The position numbers and the translations under genes are program-made. Shown here one piece after another: positions 1-11,346 of a stretch of DNA of 64,000 nucleotides. How positions within the stretch are numbered: the first letter of the stretch is position 1; each line of letters starts with the position of its first letter. The notes beneath the pieces were generated by a model. The model was not told the origin of the DNA. It saw nothing but the letters and a program-made list of their open reading frames with translations, and did not search any database. Source of the stretch: a virus; the IMG/VR virus record IMGVR_UViG_3300032308_002775, positions 89,670 through 153,669 of that record. One strand, given 5' to 3'.

Positions 1-1
1 C

Positions 2-1130
<1,129 letters not shown>

Positions 1131-1138
<8 letters not shown>

Positions 1139-1718
1139 TGAAATGCCCGAATTCACTACGCGAATTGTAGACTTTGGTCCATGCGAATGCTGCGCAACAA
1201 GCTCCAGCTCTAGCGACTCCCCGAGCTCCAGCTCTAGCGGGCCCCCTGGTACTGGTTGGGTATGCCCGCCGCTTACTGGCTGGGTATGCCCCCCAACCAA
1301 CGACGGTTACATTTGTACTGGCTATGTTTGCGTAAAAGAATGTCAATGCCCAACGTGCGATGACCCGTTTGCAATTACAGGCACATTTGACGGTATTGTT
1401 GCAATAGGCGTTTGTTATGGCGGCGTGTATATTGGCCAAAACACCCGCGACGATCTTTTCGGTAGCGGTGGATACGCGGCGTGGAACTACACAGCAACCT
1501 GTTTAAACGGCGATTGGTTGTTTGCCGCATCAATGTGTTTTTTTGATGGGGCAGGCTGCGTAACTGGCGCCAGCTATCGTGCCGTTGTTTTGTGTAAAGA
1601 CACCGACGAAGATGGATTACCGCGCGCAGGCACTATTAACCTTGAACGTGTAGACGACGGCGGGCCGCCCGCAGATGACTGCGAACCTGCCGCGCCGACA
1701 ATCACAATAACCAAATGA
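1131..1718 (+). CDS. Cys-rich protein with Ser linker, putative virion/fibre-associated
   Basis: Overlaps both neighbours; CECC motif, poly-Ser, many Cys. Confidence 0.55.
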
Positions 1719-2422
1719 ATATTGCTGTAGTCGCGCACTTGCCCATATTTTTGCCAGGCCAGCGCGCTGCGTTTGCGCGCTATGCGCCGCACGCTGATTA
1801 CACAGTTGTAGTTCCGCGCGGTTTAAGTCGCCTTATGCGTCCATACTGCGAAAGCGCTGAACTTGCGTACGAAGAAGCACCGCACGGAAGTTACCTTGCA
1901 ATCGTTGACTGGCTGGCGCAAAAAGCACAAGTGCCTACTCTCATTGTCGAGTGGGATGTTGTGCCAATTCGCCCCGTGGTGTTTTCTGCTGCGTGTTCGT
2001 ATCGCGGAAAACAGCACGCAAATATGCCTACACCCCCGCGGCGTTTTTATTACCCGAATATTTTGGCGTTTAACCCTGCCGTCGATCAGTACACGCCAAG
2101 GTATTTGTCAGCTAGCGCAGAACCGTTTTCAACACCATTTCGCGCGCTAGAGCACCGAATAATCGAAGCGGCCCATCCCGGCCTGCCGGACTGCTGTGCA
2201 GCCGCCGGGTTCTCGCTTATCGGCGATGAGTACGCGCACCATCTGCACGGCGCAATGCAAACACCGGAACGGGCTGCCTGCTGGGCAGCTGTTTTATACG
2301 AGATCGGCGCCGGGCGGCATCAAATCTTGCCGCCAAATAAATTTGACGTCGAGACTACACCGGCACCGGCGCAACAGGTAAAATTTACAGATATTCGCAC
2401 CGTTTACATTTGCGACAACTAG
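1715..2422 (+). CDS. Hypothetical protein, possible GT-A-fold glycosyltransferase-like
   Basis: ATGA-coupled to the upstream gene. LIVEWDVVPIRPV resembles the hhhDxDhhP strand of GT-A enzymes. Confidence 0.4.
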   Translation: MNIAVVAHLPIFLPGQRAAFARYAPHADYTVVVPRGLSRLMRPYCESAELAYEEAPHGSYLAIVDWLAQKAQVPTLIVEWDVVPIRPVVFSAACSYRGKQHANMPTPPRRFYYPNILAFNPAVDQYTPRYLSASAEPFSTPFRALEHRIIEAAHPGLPDCCAAAGFSLIGDEYAHHLHGAMQTPERAACWAAVLYEIGAGRHQILPPNKFDVETTPAPAQQVKFTDIRTVYICDN

Positions 2423-2425
2423 ACC

Positions 2426-4834
2426 ATGCCGTGCAGAGAAGTCAATTGCGAGCAGTACGCTAGCCTAACGTGCTATCCGACGCCAGAAGCTTGCGCCGAA
2501 AACTGCAACGGAGGCGAACCGCCAGAGCCGCCGCAATGCGATCCGCCGCTGAATTGTCAGGCGCCTTTTAGCATTCCAGATGAAGAAAATTGCGAATGTC
2601 TTTGCAATGAAGCTGACGTTCCGTGCGCGGGCGGAGAAGTAAACGACGATTGTGCGTGTGTTTGCCCAAACGGTAAAACATTAAACGCGGCTGGGCAATG
2701 CGTAGATGTAGTTTTTGAGTGCGGCGCGGGCGGCGTAGTGCCTGTAGAGGGCAACGTAGGTTTTCAAGGAATGCTCGCGGCGCTCGATGCGTGCGGCCCG
2801 GACGTCGGCGGCGACGATCCACCGCCGCCGCCCATACCGTGTGCTCCAATACCGCTGCCGCCAAATAATGTGCCCATTTTTTGCGCTAACGGCCAGCAAA
2901 TTGGATTTGACACATACCCGTCGTTTAATGCTGCATTTTGCCGATGGGAGCCGCCAACTCGCGTCCTATTTGGTGTATGCCCTGAAGATAACGGCGGCGG
3001 CGGCGGGGGCGGATCATCAGGATCAGCAGGAGCATCAGGATCATCGGGATCATCAAGCAGCTCGTGCAATATTTGCGACGCTGGATTCCCAGACGGCATA
3101 GACTCTCTAGATGTATATGAGCGCGTAGTGTGCAATGGGAAAAGCACACTTGTGCGCAAACACATGTACACGTTTCGCCTAATCGATGACGAAAAATGCC
3201 CAACAAGTTTTGCTATTTATGATTGGTGCTGCGTAGATTGCGCCGACATACCGGCCGGACTTTTTGAATGCGACGGGTGCTCGCCATTCCCTGGAAACGC
3301 GGGTACCGCTTCTATTGTTTGGGTACTCAACAAAGATACGTGTGCGTGGGAAAAACGCACTGACGTGATTGTGTCTGGCGATTGCAACACATGCGGCAAT
3401 CCATTAAACCGCAGCAGCAGTAGTAGTAGCACAAGCGCAACAAGTGAAAGCAGCGGCAGTTCTACGTCTAGCTGTTCTGCTGCTGGCGCAACAGCAATCA
3501 ACTTTAGTTTTCAAAGCGCGGGCGGCACACCGTTAAACCAACTCACGCCAACAAGCGCGTTTAGTGTGGCGTTTGCTGTGTCTGACGCTGTCAAAGCCGC
3601 CAACGAACAAACACAATGGCGACTTTATTCAACAGTTAGCCCAAACATAGACATATTGGGTGGAACTGTTCGCGCAAACGAAGCGGGTTGGTCGCGCGCT
3701 GTGTCTGCAAGCCTTTTATTAAATACAATGGGGCTATCAGGAGAGACAGCCCAACCGGGTCGATACTCTTTTCCAATTTGTGCGGCCGCAACTAATTGCG
3801 CAGGCGCCACAAATACACGGTGTGGCGGCACAGTTACAGTCGTCGTGCCCCCGCGCTCGAGTATTAGCAGCGTATCTACCAGCAGCGTATCTAGCAGCAG
3901 CAGATCTACCAGCAGCGTATCTAGCAGCAGCAGATCTAGCAGCAGCGTATCTAGCAGCAGCGTATCTAGCAGCAGCAGATCTAGCAGCAGCGTATCTAGC
4001 AGCAGCAGATCTAGCAGCAGCGCGCCCAGTGGCAGCGAAAATCCTTGTTCGTTTGTTACTTATCGCCGACACGAACAAACGCTAGCAAGCATTATGTACG
4101 GTTCACTAGAAAACCCAAGAACAAAAACAGAAACAGATGGTGTCGAGCGTGGGTTGGATCCCGGAGAGTTGGTAAGTATTGCCGTATCTTTTAACAACAC
4201 GTTGTTACTTGAAACGGCTGTAGCAAATAACCCGGGTACAATTGGTTGGCGCCTTACTTTAGCATGCGGTGTCGGGGGTCAGCCGTTACAGCAGCCCACC
4301 AATAGCGTAACGCTTGGATCGTATCATTTGTATGGTGCGACAGCTGGGCTCGGTGCCGTGCCTACTTCCGTGTTGTCACGTCAACTTGTTTGGACCGTTA
4401 GTCAAGCGAGAGATAGTCGCGGCCTTGCGCTAAGCAACTATGCTAATCTTGCTGGTAAACCAATAATCGAACAAACCGATAACGGCAATTTTGTTAGTTA
4501 TCCAGGCGACGAATATGCGTGGCGGTCGCGATTAAATCATACAACTATTAGCACGCTTATTACTTATGATGACGTGTTAACAGCGATGGGTTTAAGCGCG
4601 GCGCAGGCTCGACAAGCGTGCCAAAATTCCCTTAATGAAGACCGTTGTCGCTATTTTTTAAGGCTACATGCGTACGTTGAATTTTATTGCGGTGGAAGTA
4701 GGCTCTGGGGAATCTGTAATAGCGATTTGGTTAATTCATATAGTCAGGGCTGCTCAATTCGGATGCAGTACGTTCGTGAAGACGGTGTTTTGCAAACCGA
4801 CAGCAACCTTATCGTAAAAGTGCCCGCGCTGTAG
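2426..4834 (+). CDS. Large Cys-rich, Ser-rich protein (putative fibre or adhesin-like virion protein)
   Basis: EGF-like Cys spacing at the N-terminus; poly-Gly/Ser linkers; long SSVSSSSR tract. Confidence 0.65.
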   Translation: MPCREVNCEQYASLTCYPTPEACAENCNGGEPPEPPQCDPPLNCQAPFSIPDEENCECLCNEADVPCAGGEVNDDCACVCPNGKTLNAAGQCVDVVFECGAGGVVPVEGNVGFQGMLAALDACGPDVGGDDPPPPPIPCAPIPLPPNNVPIFCANGQQIGFDTYPSFNAAFCRWEPPTRVLFGVCPEDNGGGGGGGSSGSAGASGSSGSSSSSCNICDAGFPDGIDSLDVYERVVCNGKSTLVRKHMYTFRLIDDEKCPTSFAIYDWCCVDCADIPAGLFECDGCSPFPGNAGTASIVWVLNKDTCAWEKRTDVIVSGDCNTCGNPLNRSSSSSSTSATSESSGSSTSSCSAAGATAINFSFQSAGGTPLNQLTPTSAFSVAFAVSDAVKAANEQTQWRLYSTVSPNIDILGGTVRANEAGWSRAVSASLLLNTMGLSGETAQPGRYSFPICAAATNCAGATNTRCGGTVTVVVPPRSSISSVSTSSVSSSSRSTSSVSSSSRSSSSVSSSSVSSSSRSSSSVSSSSRSSSSAPSGSENPCSFVTYRRHEQTLASIMYGSLENPRTKTETDGVERGLDPGELVSIAVSFNNTLLLETAVANNPGTIGWRLTLACGVGGQPLQQPTNSVTLGSYHLYGATAGLGAVPTSVLSRQLVWTVSQARDSRGLALSNYANLAGKPIIEQTDNGNFVSYPGDEYAWRSRLNHTTISTLITYDDVLTAMGLSAAQARQACQNSLNEDRCRYFLRLHAYVEFYCGGSRLWGICNSDLVNSYSQGCSIRMQYVREDGVLQTDSNLIVKVPAL
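3865..4021 (+). repeat. Ser-coding tandem repeat built from AGCAGCGTATCT and AGCAGCAGCAGATCT units
   Basis: Directly visible 12/15-bp units encoding SSVSSSSRS. Confidence 0.9.
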
Positions 4835-4856
4835 TGCCGGTAATGTGCCGCGCCGA

Positions 4857-4885
4857 TTGACGACAGTTGCGCAGTCTAGTATTGT
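4857..4885 (+). promoter_or_regulatory. Putative sigma70-type promoter
   Basis: TTGACG-17 nt-TATTGT in the intergenic gap upstream of the ATG at 4924. Confidence 0.45.
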
Positions 4886-4923
4886 TTGTTTGTGATTTGC
4901 TCCCCCAAAATACAGGCCTGCAC

Positions 4924-5427
4924 ATGAATTGCGCGTTTGTCGCGGTTACTTGCCCTAAAACGCTAGAAAAATACAAGTGCTACCGTTGCAAAAATTGCGG
5001 CAAAAACATCTCTATTGTCGACGACTCTCGCGTCAACATAGAGGGCGTGTTTGCACAGTTCACGAGCTGCAGCGGCGAGGCAACTGCAGAGTCGACAGTC
5101 GGTGGCGCAGCTTATGACTGGGATCCGGCAGGCGCAGGGACGCAGCTGAAGAAGCTGCTCTCCAAAATTGGAATCAAATCCACCGAAAACTGCAGCTGCA
5201 ATACCCGCGCAAAGCTTATGAACGCCAACGGCATCGAGTGGTGCGAGCAAAACGTCAAAGAGATCGTCGGTTGGCTCAAAGAAGAAGCGGCGAAGCGCAG
5301 TATGCCGTTTCTGTCGCTGCCTGCGAAGATAGTCGTGCAGCACGCCATTAAAATGGCCAAGCGCGCCCGGGACAAAAGAGGGCCGACGCCCGAAGCTGCT
5401 GAGCCCGAATCCAGCATGACGGCGTGA
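4924..5427 (+). CDS. Cys-containing hypothetical phage protein
   Basis: CxxC motifs; GAGTQLKKLL...CSC...MNxxGxxWC block. Confidence 0.6.
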   Translation: MNCAFVAVTCPKTLEKYKCYRCKNCGKNISIVDDSRVNIEGVFAQFTSCSGEATAESTVGGAAYDWDPAGAGTQLKKLLSKIGIKSTENCSCNTRAKLMNANGIEWCEQNVKEIVGWLKEEAAKRSMPFLSLPAKIVVQHAIKMAKRARDKRGPTPEAAEPESSMTA

Positions 5428-5434
5428 GGGGCGT

Positions 5435-7336
5435 GTGCCAGGCCCGCGGCGGTTACTACTGATTCACAAGCGGGCGCCTGGAGACACGGCCGTCTTGACG
5501 GCCCTGGTCAGGGACATTGCCCTGACCCACCCCGGGCAGTTTCAGATCGGCGTCGATACGCACGCCGCGGCGCTTTGGGAGAACAACCCCTACATCGTCA
5601 GCGCCAAGGAACTCCGCGACCATAAAGGGGTCGAGCACCTCAAGCTGACCTACGGAAAGGGGCTGCGGGACCAGAATCACGAGACCGTCCACTTTCTTGC
5701 CTATTTTCACAGGGACTTTGAGGTCCAGGCTCGGGTTCGTGTCCCGCTGACCCTGCCCTACCCAGACCTGCACCTGTCGGCCGAGGAGCGCTCCCAGAGG
5801 CTCGTAGAGGGCCGCTACTGGGTGTTTCTGTCCGGGGGCAAGTCGGACTTCACCGCTAAGGTGTGGGGCCAGGCAGCGTGGCAGGAGACGGTCCGGCAGC
5901 TGAGCGCCCTGGGTATCCCCTGCGTTCAGATCGGCGGTACCGAGAAGGGCCACTGGCACCCCGAGATCCAGGGCGCCCTGAACCTGGTCGGGCGCACCGG
6001 GCTGCGGGACTGGCTCCGCCTGATCTACCACGCCGACGGGGTCATCTGCGGTGTCACCGGGGCCATGCACCTCGCCGCCGCGCTGCAGCGCCCCTGCGTC
6101 GTCCTGGCAGGCGGCCGGGAGGCCTGGTGGTGGGAGGCCTACGTTCGGGAGAACGCCGGGCTGGGCGGCCTGGAGACGGCGCAGAAGCTTACTGTGCCGC
6201 ACCGCTACCTTCACACGATCGGGCTTCTGGATTGCTGCCAGGCCCACGGCTGCTGGAAGAACAAGGTGCTGCCCCTGAACGGCGACCAGTCAATCTGTAA
6301 ATACCCCGTCGTCCAGCCTGGCCAAGCAGTTCCTAAATGCCTGGATATGATTACGCCAGAGCACGTTGTCGAGGCCGTGATGAGCTATTACGAAGACCGC
6401 ACTCTGCCGCCCATCAAGCCGCTGGCGGAGGTCACGCGTTACCGCCCCGCGGCGTCAGAGGAGCCCGCCCCAGCGCTGGTGCTGGTTCCGGACGCAAAGT
6501 TTGAGCGGGCCGAGGCAGGCGTTCCCAATACCGTGATCCCCACCGGCGCTCCGGACAAAGATATCTTTGAGAATCCGGTCATCGGCGGGAAGTTCACTGT
6601 CTGCGTCCTGTTCTACGGGCCGAAGCAGTACCACCCGCTTCACATGCGCTGCCTGAACTCGATTATCTCGACCTGCCCGCCCAACCGAATCGACCTGCGC
6701 GTCGGTTCCAACGAGCTGTGCGAGGAGACAGCCGCGGTGTTAAACCGGCTCGTCGACCACGGAATCGTCACCAAGCATTATCAGCACGCCGAGAACGCGC
6801 TGAAGTACCCGGTGATGCGGGAGATGTTCCACGACTCGGAGTGCCCGATCACGACGAATTATCTGCTCTGGTTTGATGACGACTCGATCGCCGACAGAAA
6901 CCAGCAGTGGCTCACGCTGCTGACGCAGACAATCCTGGCCAACCCAACGGCCGGGCTGTTCGGCGCCGACATGACGATCCGCCTTGCGCCCAGTCAGCAG
7001 CAGCTCTACCGCACGCGGCCGTGGTTCAAGGGTCGACCTTTTCGTATGAAGAACAAGCGCCCGGCGCCAAACGGAGACAACACCGTGTTCGTGGCGGGCG
7101 GGTTCTTCTGCCTGAAGACCGAAGCGATGCGTGCCGCCGACGTGCCCGACGCGGCGCTTACGCACAACGGCGGCGACTATACAATCGGCGAACAGCTCTA
7201 TCAGGCCGGTTATGAGGTCGTCGGATGGAATCGACAGAAGCAGTTCATTCACACCTCGAGCGTCCCGCGGCGTGGCGAGAGCCAGCCGCATTTCGGCACG
7301 GAAAGGTGGCAGTCCACAACCGGAGACCGGCGATGA
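5435..7336 (+). CDS. GT9 (ADP-heptose heptosyltransferase-like) domain fused to a C-terminal GT2-like domain
   Basis: APGD, AKVW, NLVGRTGLRDWLRLIYHADGVICGVTGAMHLAAALQRPCVVL and CLDMITPEHV are GT9 hallmarks. The C-terminal half has CLNSI and LLWFDDD (GT-A DxD). Confidence 0.85.
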   Translation: MPGPRRLLLIHKRAPGDTAVLTALVRDIALTHPGQFQIGVDTHAAALWENNPYIVSAKELRDHKGVEHLKLTYGKGLRDQNHETVHFLAYFHRDFEVQARVRVPLTLPYPDLHLSAEERSQRLVEGRYWVFLSGGKSDFTAKVWGQAAWQETVRQLSALGIPCVQIGGTEKGHWHPEIQGALNLVGRTGLRDWLRLIYHADGVICGVTGAMHLAAALQRPCVVLAGGREAWWWEAYVRENAGLGGLETAQKLTVPHRYLHTIGLLDCCQAHGCWKNKVLPLNGDQSICKYPVVQPGQAVPKCLDMITPEHVVEAVMSYYEDRTLPPIKPLAEVTRYRPAASEEPAPALVLVPDAKFERAEAGVPNTVIPTGAPDKDIFENPVIGGKFTVCVLFYGPKQYHPLHMRCLNSIISTCPPNRIDLRVGSNELCEETAAVLNRLVDHGIVTKHYQHAENALKYPVMREMFHDSECPITTNYLLWFDDDSIADRNQQWLTLLTQTILANPTAGLFGADMTIRLAPSQQQLYRTRPWFKGRPFRMKNKRPAPNGDNTVFVAGGFFCLKTEAMRAADVPDAALTHNGGDYTIGEQLYQAGYEVVGWNRQKQFIHTSSVPRRGESQPHFGTERWQSTTGDRR

Positions 7337-7689
7337 GCGTGGCAGTTCTTACGCGCGACGACTTTGCCAAGCTGCTGTTTAGCGTCGACTTTTTTCGAGC
7401 CAACCCGGCGTTCGCACCCGTCGAAGAACAGATCGCAGCCTGCAAAACCGCCTATCTGGAAAGCGCCGCAAAAAGCACCTGTCGCTGCGGCGGAAAGCCG
7501 GGCCTGCTGTTCGATTGTCTTGACGCTACGCTCGCCCTGATGGAGACGTTGCGCAGCGCCAACCCGGAAGCGCTCCAGGCGCTGATTGCGTACGTGCGCG
7601 ACCAGCGAAACGACCCGAGAATCAAGTCGATTACGCTATACTATCGCAAGACGGCAGACATTCCGTTGTTGAAGGTCAAATATCCATGA
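7333..7689 (+). CDS. Hypothetical protein
   Basis: ATGA overlap with the upstream gene; SD GGAG. Confidence 0.6.
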   Translation: MSVAVLTRDDFAKLLFSVDFFRANPAFAPVEEQIAACKTAYLESAAKSTCRCGGKPGLLFDCLDATLALMETLRSANPEALQALIAYVRDQRNDPRIKSITLYYRKTADIPLLKVKYP

Positions 7690-7982
7690 CGCCCGATCCC
7701 GCGCACTCCAAGTTGCTGTTTGGCAATAAGCACCGCGCGGTGGCTGACGGCGAGGCCGCGATCGCCGTAAAGGTCCGGCTTCTGGATGCGCTCATGCGGC
7801 CTGTACCAGGTCGACTTGTCGAGCTCATGGCCGACCGAAGCGGCGTAGAGATTGAGCAACCGGGTCCGACCGACGTGCGTGGCCGTTCCATGGGTTTCGT
7901 CCGCGCCACGACGGCAGGCCCGGTAAATATCAGCGGCGTCGTGCTGCCTTTGGAAGAAACAGGCTCGTCCGAGCCGCTTTGA
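7686..7982 (+). CDS. Single bacterial Ig-like (Big_1/invasin-type) domain protein
   Basis: ADG..A..V.V.L.D....PVPG..V ... TD..G pattern. Confidence 0.6.
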   Translation: MTPDPAHSKLLFGNKHRAVADGEAAIAVKVRLLDALMRPVPGRLVELMADRSGVEIEQPGPTDVRGRSMGFVRATTAGPVNISGVVLPLEETGSSEPL

Positions 7983-8017
7983 TTTCACATGAATGCGTGA
8001 ATTGCCAGGAGGGCAGC

Positions 8018-8557
8018 ATGAGCGACTGTAACGTTTCTTCATCGTTTGGGGGCGCCATCGAGCTGAACGAGACGCTCGGAATCAATTTCTATGAGCCCGA
8101 CGCGCCCGTGACGTTGCCGCCCGATTCTGGGCGCCGGATTCAGCTCAGCTGGGCCGTCAGCCGGTACAACTACCACAGCACAGACGGCGTCCGCGTGCGC
8201 ATCGAGGCAGCCAACGCCGAGCTGATGCCTGAGAAAATCTTCGCCTACCTGCTGCTCCCGATGAAGCCCGCGGCCGGTGAGCGCGAGGGCGCCTTCTCGC
8301 ACGTGTGCTCTCCGACCGACCTGGCGGAGTTCCCTGAAGACGACCCGGTTCCCGGCGTGCGGCCCGAGTGGTTCCGCCTGAACTACGTCGACGTCCAACT
8401 GCGCAGCCGGTCTGAGGCCAAGCAGTTCATTCAGGATGTAATTGACGACGTTCAACGACTCAAGAGCACCCTCGATACAATGGACACGCTACAGTCCGGC
8501 GGCACGATCTGGGTGGGCAGCCCGCCGTCTGATTCTTCCTCTTCTGAGGCCCTGTGA
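8018..8557 (+). CDS. Hypothetical protein (possible structural)
   Basis: SD AGGAGG; GC3-rich coding frame. Confidence 0.6.
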   Translation: MSDCNVSSSFGGAIELNETLGINFYEPDAPVTLPPDSGRRIQLSWAVSRYNYHSTDGVRVRIEAANAELMPEKIFAYLLLPMKPAAGEREGAFSHVCSPTDLAEFPEDDPVPGVRPEWFRLNYVDVQLRSRSEAKQFIQDVIDDVQRLKSTLDTMDTLQSGGTIWVGSPPSDSSSSEAL

Positions 8558-8859
8558 TGAAAGATCTCGTGGTAATCGAAGACAGCACGATTCTCTCTAT
8601 GCTGCAGGACGCGCGGTACACAGATACGATTCCGTGCCTGTTCAATAAAGCAGAGATCTTTCGCGCGGGTCCCGGCTCGTGCGGCGCCTGCGCGCGCAAA
8701 AGAAAAGAGAAGCAGCGCGCCGAAATGGCCAAGATCAAAACCTGCCTCGCTGCGTTGAGCGCTGAAAAAAAAGCGGCGTTCAAGCAGCTTGTCGGCGCAA
8801 AGAAAATCCGCGTCACGTATGTGAACGCTACAGGCAGCGTTGTGCAGCTGACGTTCTAA
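8557..8859 (+). CDS. Small basic CxxC protein
   Basis: TGATG coupling; CGAC followed by a Lys/Arg-rich segment. Confidence 0.6.
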   Translation: MKDLVVIEDSTILSMLQDARYTDTIPCLFNKAEIFRAGPGSCGACARKRKEKQRAEMAKIKTCLAALSAEKKAAFKQLVGAKKIRVTYVNATGSVVQLTF

Positions 8860-8864
8860 ATTTC

Positions 8865-8938
8865 GGCAGAAATCCTGGCATATAAGGTGTACCACCCGCA
8901 TTGGTTTTGGTGGTACGTCCTTACCAGGAGTTTCTGCC
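8865..8938 (+). promoter_or_regulatory. Long hairpin occluding the RBS of ORF 8939
   Basis: GGCAGAAA/TTTCTGCC, TCCTGG/CCAGGA, TAAGG/CCTTA and GTACCACC/GGTGGTAC pair; the stem ends at the ATG. Confidence 0.7.
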
Positions 8939-9310
8939 ATGGCGATTGCCAACTGGACCGAGCTGGAGACGATTGAGGGGATCATCACGGGCCGGATCAC
9001 GCCCGAGACCCTTCCGTTCGCGGCCCTCGACGCCGACAAGCAGGCGGAGATCATCGACGAGATCGATGCCGTCTGCGATGATGTGGCGTCCGGGGTCCTC
9101 GAGGCCTACCCGGACCTCGACGATCCGGCGCAGCGGCTGGACCGGCTCCGGATGTACCGGGCCGAGGTGGTGCGGCGCCAGGACGGCGCGAAGCGCGAGG
9201 CCTACGGGGCCTACTTCGACGTCCTGCACGGCGTCTGCCTCCGCAACGCCGCCGGGCCGCGGACCTACGTGGCCGACGAGAGCGGCTGTCTCGAGCTGAT
9301 CGTGGCCTAA
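8939..9310 (+). CDS. Hypothetical protein
   Basis: SD AGGAG; strong GC3 bias. Confidence 0.7.
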   Translation: MAIANWTELETIEGIITGRITPETLPFAALDADKQAEIIDEIDAVCDDVASGVLEAYPDLDDPAQRLDRLRMYRAEVVRRQDGAKREAYGAYFDVLHGVCLRNAAGPRTYVADESGCLELIVA

Positions 9311-9348
9311 TCGCCACGGCAGACACTTCTGAACCTCGTTCGTTGCGC

Positions 9349-9407
9349 GGCTGTGTAGCCGGGCACGAGCATATCTTCGGATATGTTCGTGTTCCGGTTA
9401 CACAGCC
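9349..9407 (+). other. 27-bp RNA stem with a C(UUCG)G tetraloop
   Basis: Near-perfect stem with three G-U pairs and one bulged U on the + strand. Confidence 0.75.
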
Positions 9408-9455
9408 CGCACGTTATTTATCAGCTTCCACTTTTTCCTTTGCTATCAGAGCTTC

Positions 9456-9980
9456 ATGAAGAAACACACGCTCCCCAAGAAGCCGCCTACCAAGCGCCCG
9501 CCTTTCGTGATGAAAGAGCCCAACGACAACCTTGAGGCGTACGGCTGGTCGCTGCAGTGGCTGCGCTACCAGGCGGCTGACGACCCGCAGATCGCCGGTC
9601 GCCCGGTGTTTCAGCTGGCCACGGACCTCAAGACGATCAAGCGTTACGGCGTCGACTTGTCCTTCATCGACCCGAAGTACATCCAGTACATGCTCGACCA
9701 GCGCCCTGAGATCAAGAAGGGCGCAGAAAAAGTCAGGGCCGCGGGTTACACACCCGAGGCCCTGGAGAAGTTCAAGAACATCGTGGTCAAAACGTTTGAA
9801 GAACACGTGCTGGTCGACATCGCCCAGAAGTTCTTCAAGGTCTCCCCGCTCGTCGCCCAGTTCTACGCCGCCAAGCTCGCTTACGAAGATACGTTTGGCG
9901 GCGGAGAAGAAGAGGACAACGACGAGGAGCCGACCGAGCCGCCTCAGATCGAGGCCAAGACCACGAAGTCCCGGCGGTAG
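9456..9980 (+). CDS. Hypothetical protein
   Basis: ORF with GC3 bias. Confidence 0.65.
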   Translation: MKKHTLPKKPPTKRPPFVMKEPNDNLEAYGWSLQWLRYQAADDPQIAGRPVFQLATDLKTIKRYGVDLSFIDPKYIQYMLDQRPEIKKGAEKVRAAGYTPEALEKFKNIVVKTFEEHVLVDIAQKFFKVSPLVAQFYAAKLAYEDTFGGGEEEDNDEEPTEPPQIEAKTTKSRR

Positions 9981-10222
9981 CCAACGACCGGCCCGCGCTT
10001 GCCCAGGAGAAGCTGGTCGTCGGTATTGCCCTCGGCGTCGACCGGATACGGACCGCTGGCGTTCGAAACGCCCGGGCGATTCAGCCCAGCCTCGGCCGCC
10101 TTTTGCAGTACCATGTTCGAGGTGCTGGCCGCGAGCAGCTCTTCGATGCTCTTGCTGGTGACCACATAGTCGGCCCGGCCGTTCGTGACCTTCGACAAAT
10201 CATCGAGAATGGAAACACTCAT
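9944..10222 (-). CDS. Hypothetical protein
   Basis: SD GGAGG 5 nt before the ATG at 10222; natural-looking sequence. Confidence 0.6.
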   Translation of the reverse strand: MSVSILDDLSKVTNGRADYVVTSKSIEELLAASTSNMVLQKAAEAGLNRPGVSNASGPYPVDAEGNTDDQLLLGKRGPVVGYRRDFVVLASI

Positions 10223-10697
10223 GGAAACCTCCGAAAACCAGGAATTAACCGTAACGCTGGCCAGTCTAGCGCCGATTCTCAAGCTCGACAAGTTGCAACT
10301 GCGCTCGGCGGCCCGCGTTTACAACTACACCGACGAAAGCGCTGCGCTGCCCAGATTCGTCACCCTGCGGCTGCTTCTGACCGACCTGCTGGAGCGGCTG
10401 GCGTTCTTGAAACCCAGCCAGCGCCAGGCGATTCTGGAACGATACGACCAGGACGTCGACGATAACCGGGACCAGTGGGAAACCCTGGCTTTCGCCGACG
10501 GAAACTGGTGTACCTGGACGGGCCACTACGGCTGGTTGGATCTGACCAGCGGCGACGTCGTGGCGACGCTGCCCGCCGCTCCGGTTGAGACCATTGGGTA
10601 CAATCTGGTGACGCTCCATCACCGAGCGATGGCGCAGCTCAGGAAAAGGATTTCCGATGGCGAAAAACATTCTGCAGGAAGCATGGACGAGCCGTGA
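10221..10697 (+). CDS. Hypothetical protein (start 10209 or 10221)
   Basis: ORF track; overlaps the next gene. Confidence 0.6.
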   Translation: METSENQELTVTLASLAPILKLDKLQLRSAARVYNYTDESAALPRFVTLRLLLTDLLERLAFLKPSQRQAILERYDQDVDDNRDQWETLAFADGNWCTWTGHYGWLDLTSGDVVATLPAAPVETIGYNLVTLHHRAMAQLRKRISDGEKHSAGSMDEP

Positions 10698-11331
10698 AAC
10701 GTTCGCGACAGTCCTGCTAACACTCTTCCTGGACCGGTTCGGCGTGGAGGCTCTTGAGTGGGACCCCTCGACGATCGCCCTGGAAATCGAGGAAGAGTTT
10801 GATGTCGACCTGCCCCGGCTGAACTTCGACAAGCTCATGGTGGCTATCCAGATCCTGACCACGGATCGGTTCCACAAAAGCCTGCCGGACTTCATCGAGT
10901 TCTGTAACGTCTTGTGCGGCGACATCTACGACCCCCACACGTTCGACCCGGCCGACGCCGAGGAGGTCGCCTGGGGGATCACCGAGAGCATGCTCATTGC
11001 GCCGCCGGATGACGAGGACAACGAGCCGTTCACTGACGAGATCCGCGCCTACATCGGCATGGTGCTCGACCAGGAAGGGATCATGAACGCTCCCGACGTT
11101 CTGCGGATCGCGCTGCGCAAGGCGCACGTCTCCCAGTCCGTCGAAGATTTCTCGGACGACCCGGAAATGTTCAGCGCCATCTACGACGTCGAGGCGGCCA
11201 AGACCGCCGAGATCAATCAAACCATTGTCACGAAGACGCAAATTCTAGCTGCGCAATTGACTGCGCTGCAGCTGAAGAACGGTAACACGCAAGCAGTAGC
11301 CAAAATGCTGCACGACTCTGTGCAGCGTTAG
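10657..11331 (+). CDS. Acidic hypothetical protein
   Basis: SD AGGA; GC3 bias. Confidence 0.7.
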   Translation: MAKNILQEAWTSRETFATVLLTLFLDRFGVEALEWDPSTIALEIEEEFDVDLPRLNFDKLMVAIQILTTDRFHKSLPDFIEFCNVLCGDIYDPHTFDPADAEEVAWGITESMLIAPPDDEDNEPFTDEIRAYIGMVLDQEGIMNAPDVLRIALRKAHVSQSVEDFSDDPEMFSAIYDVEAAKTAEINQTIVTKTQILAAQLTALQLKNGNTQAVAKMLHDSVQR

Positions 11332-11346
11332 GCAGAAGGGAACCCA

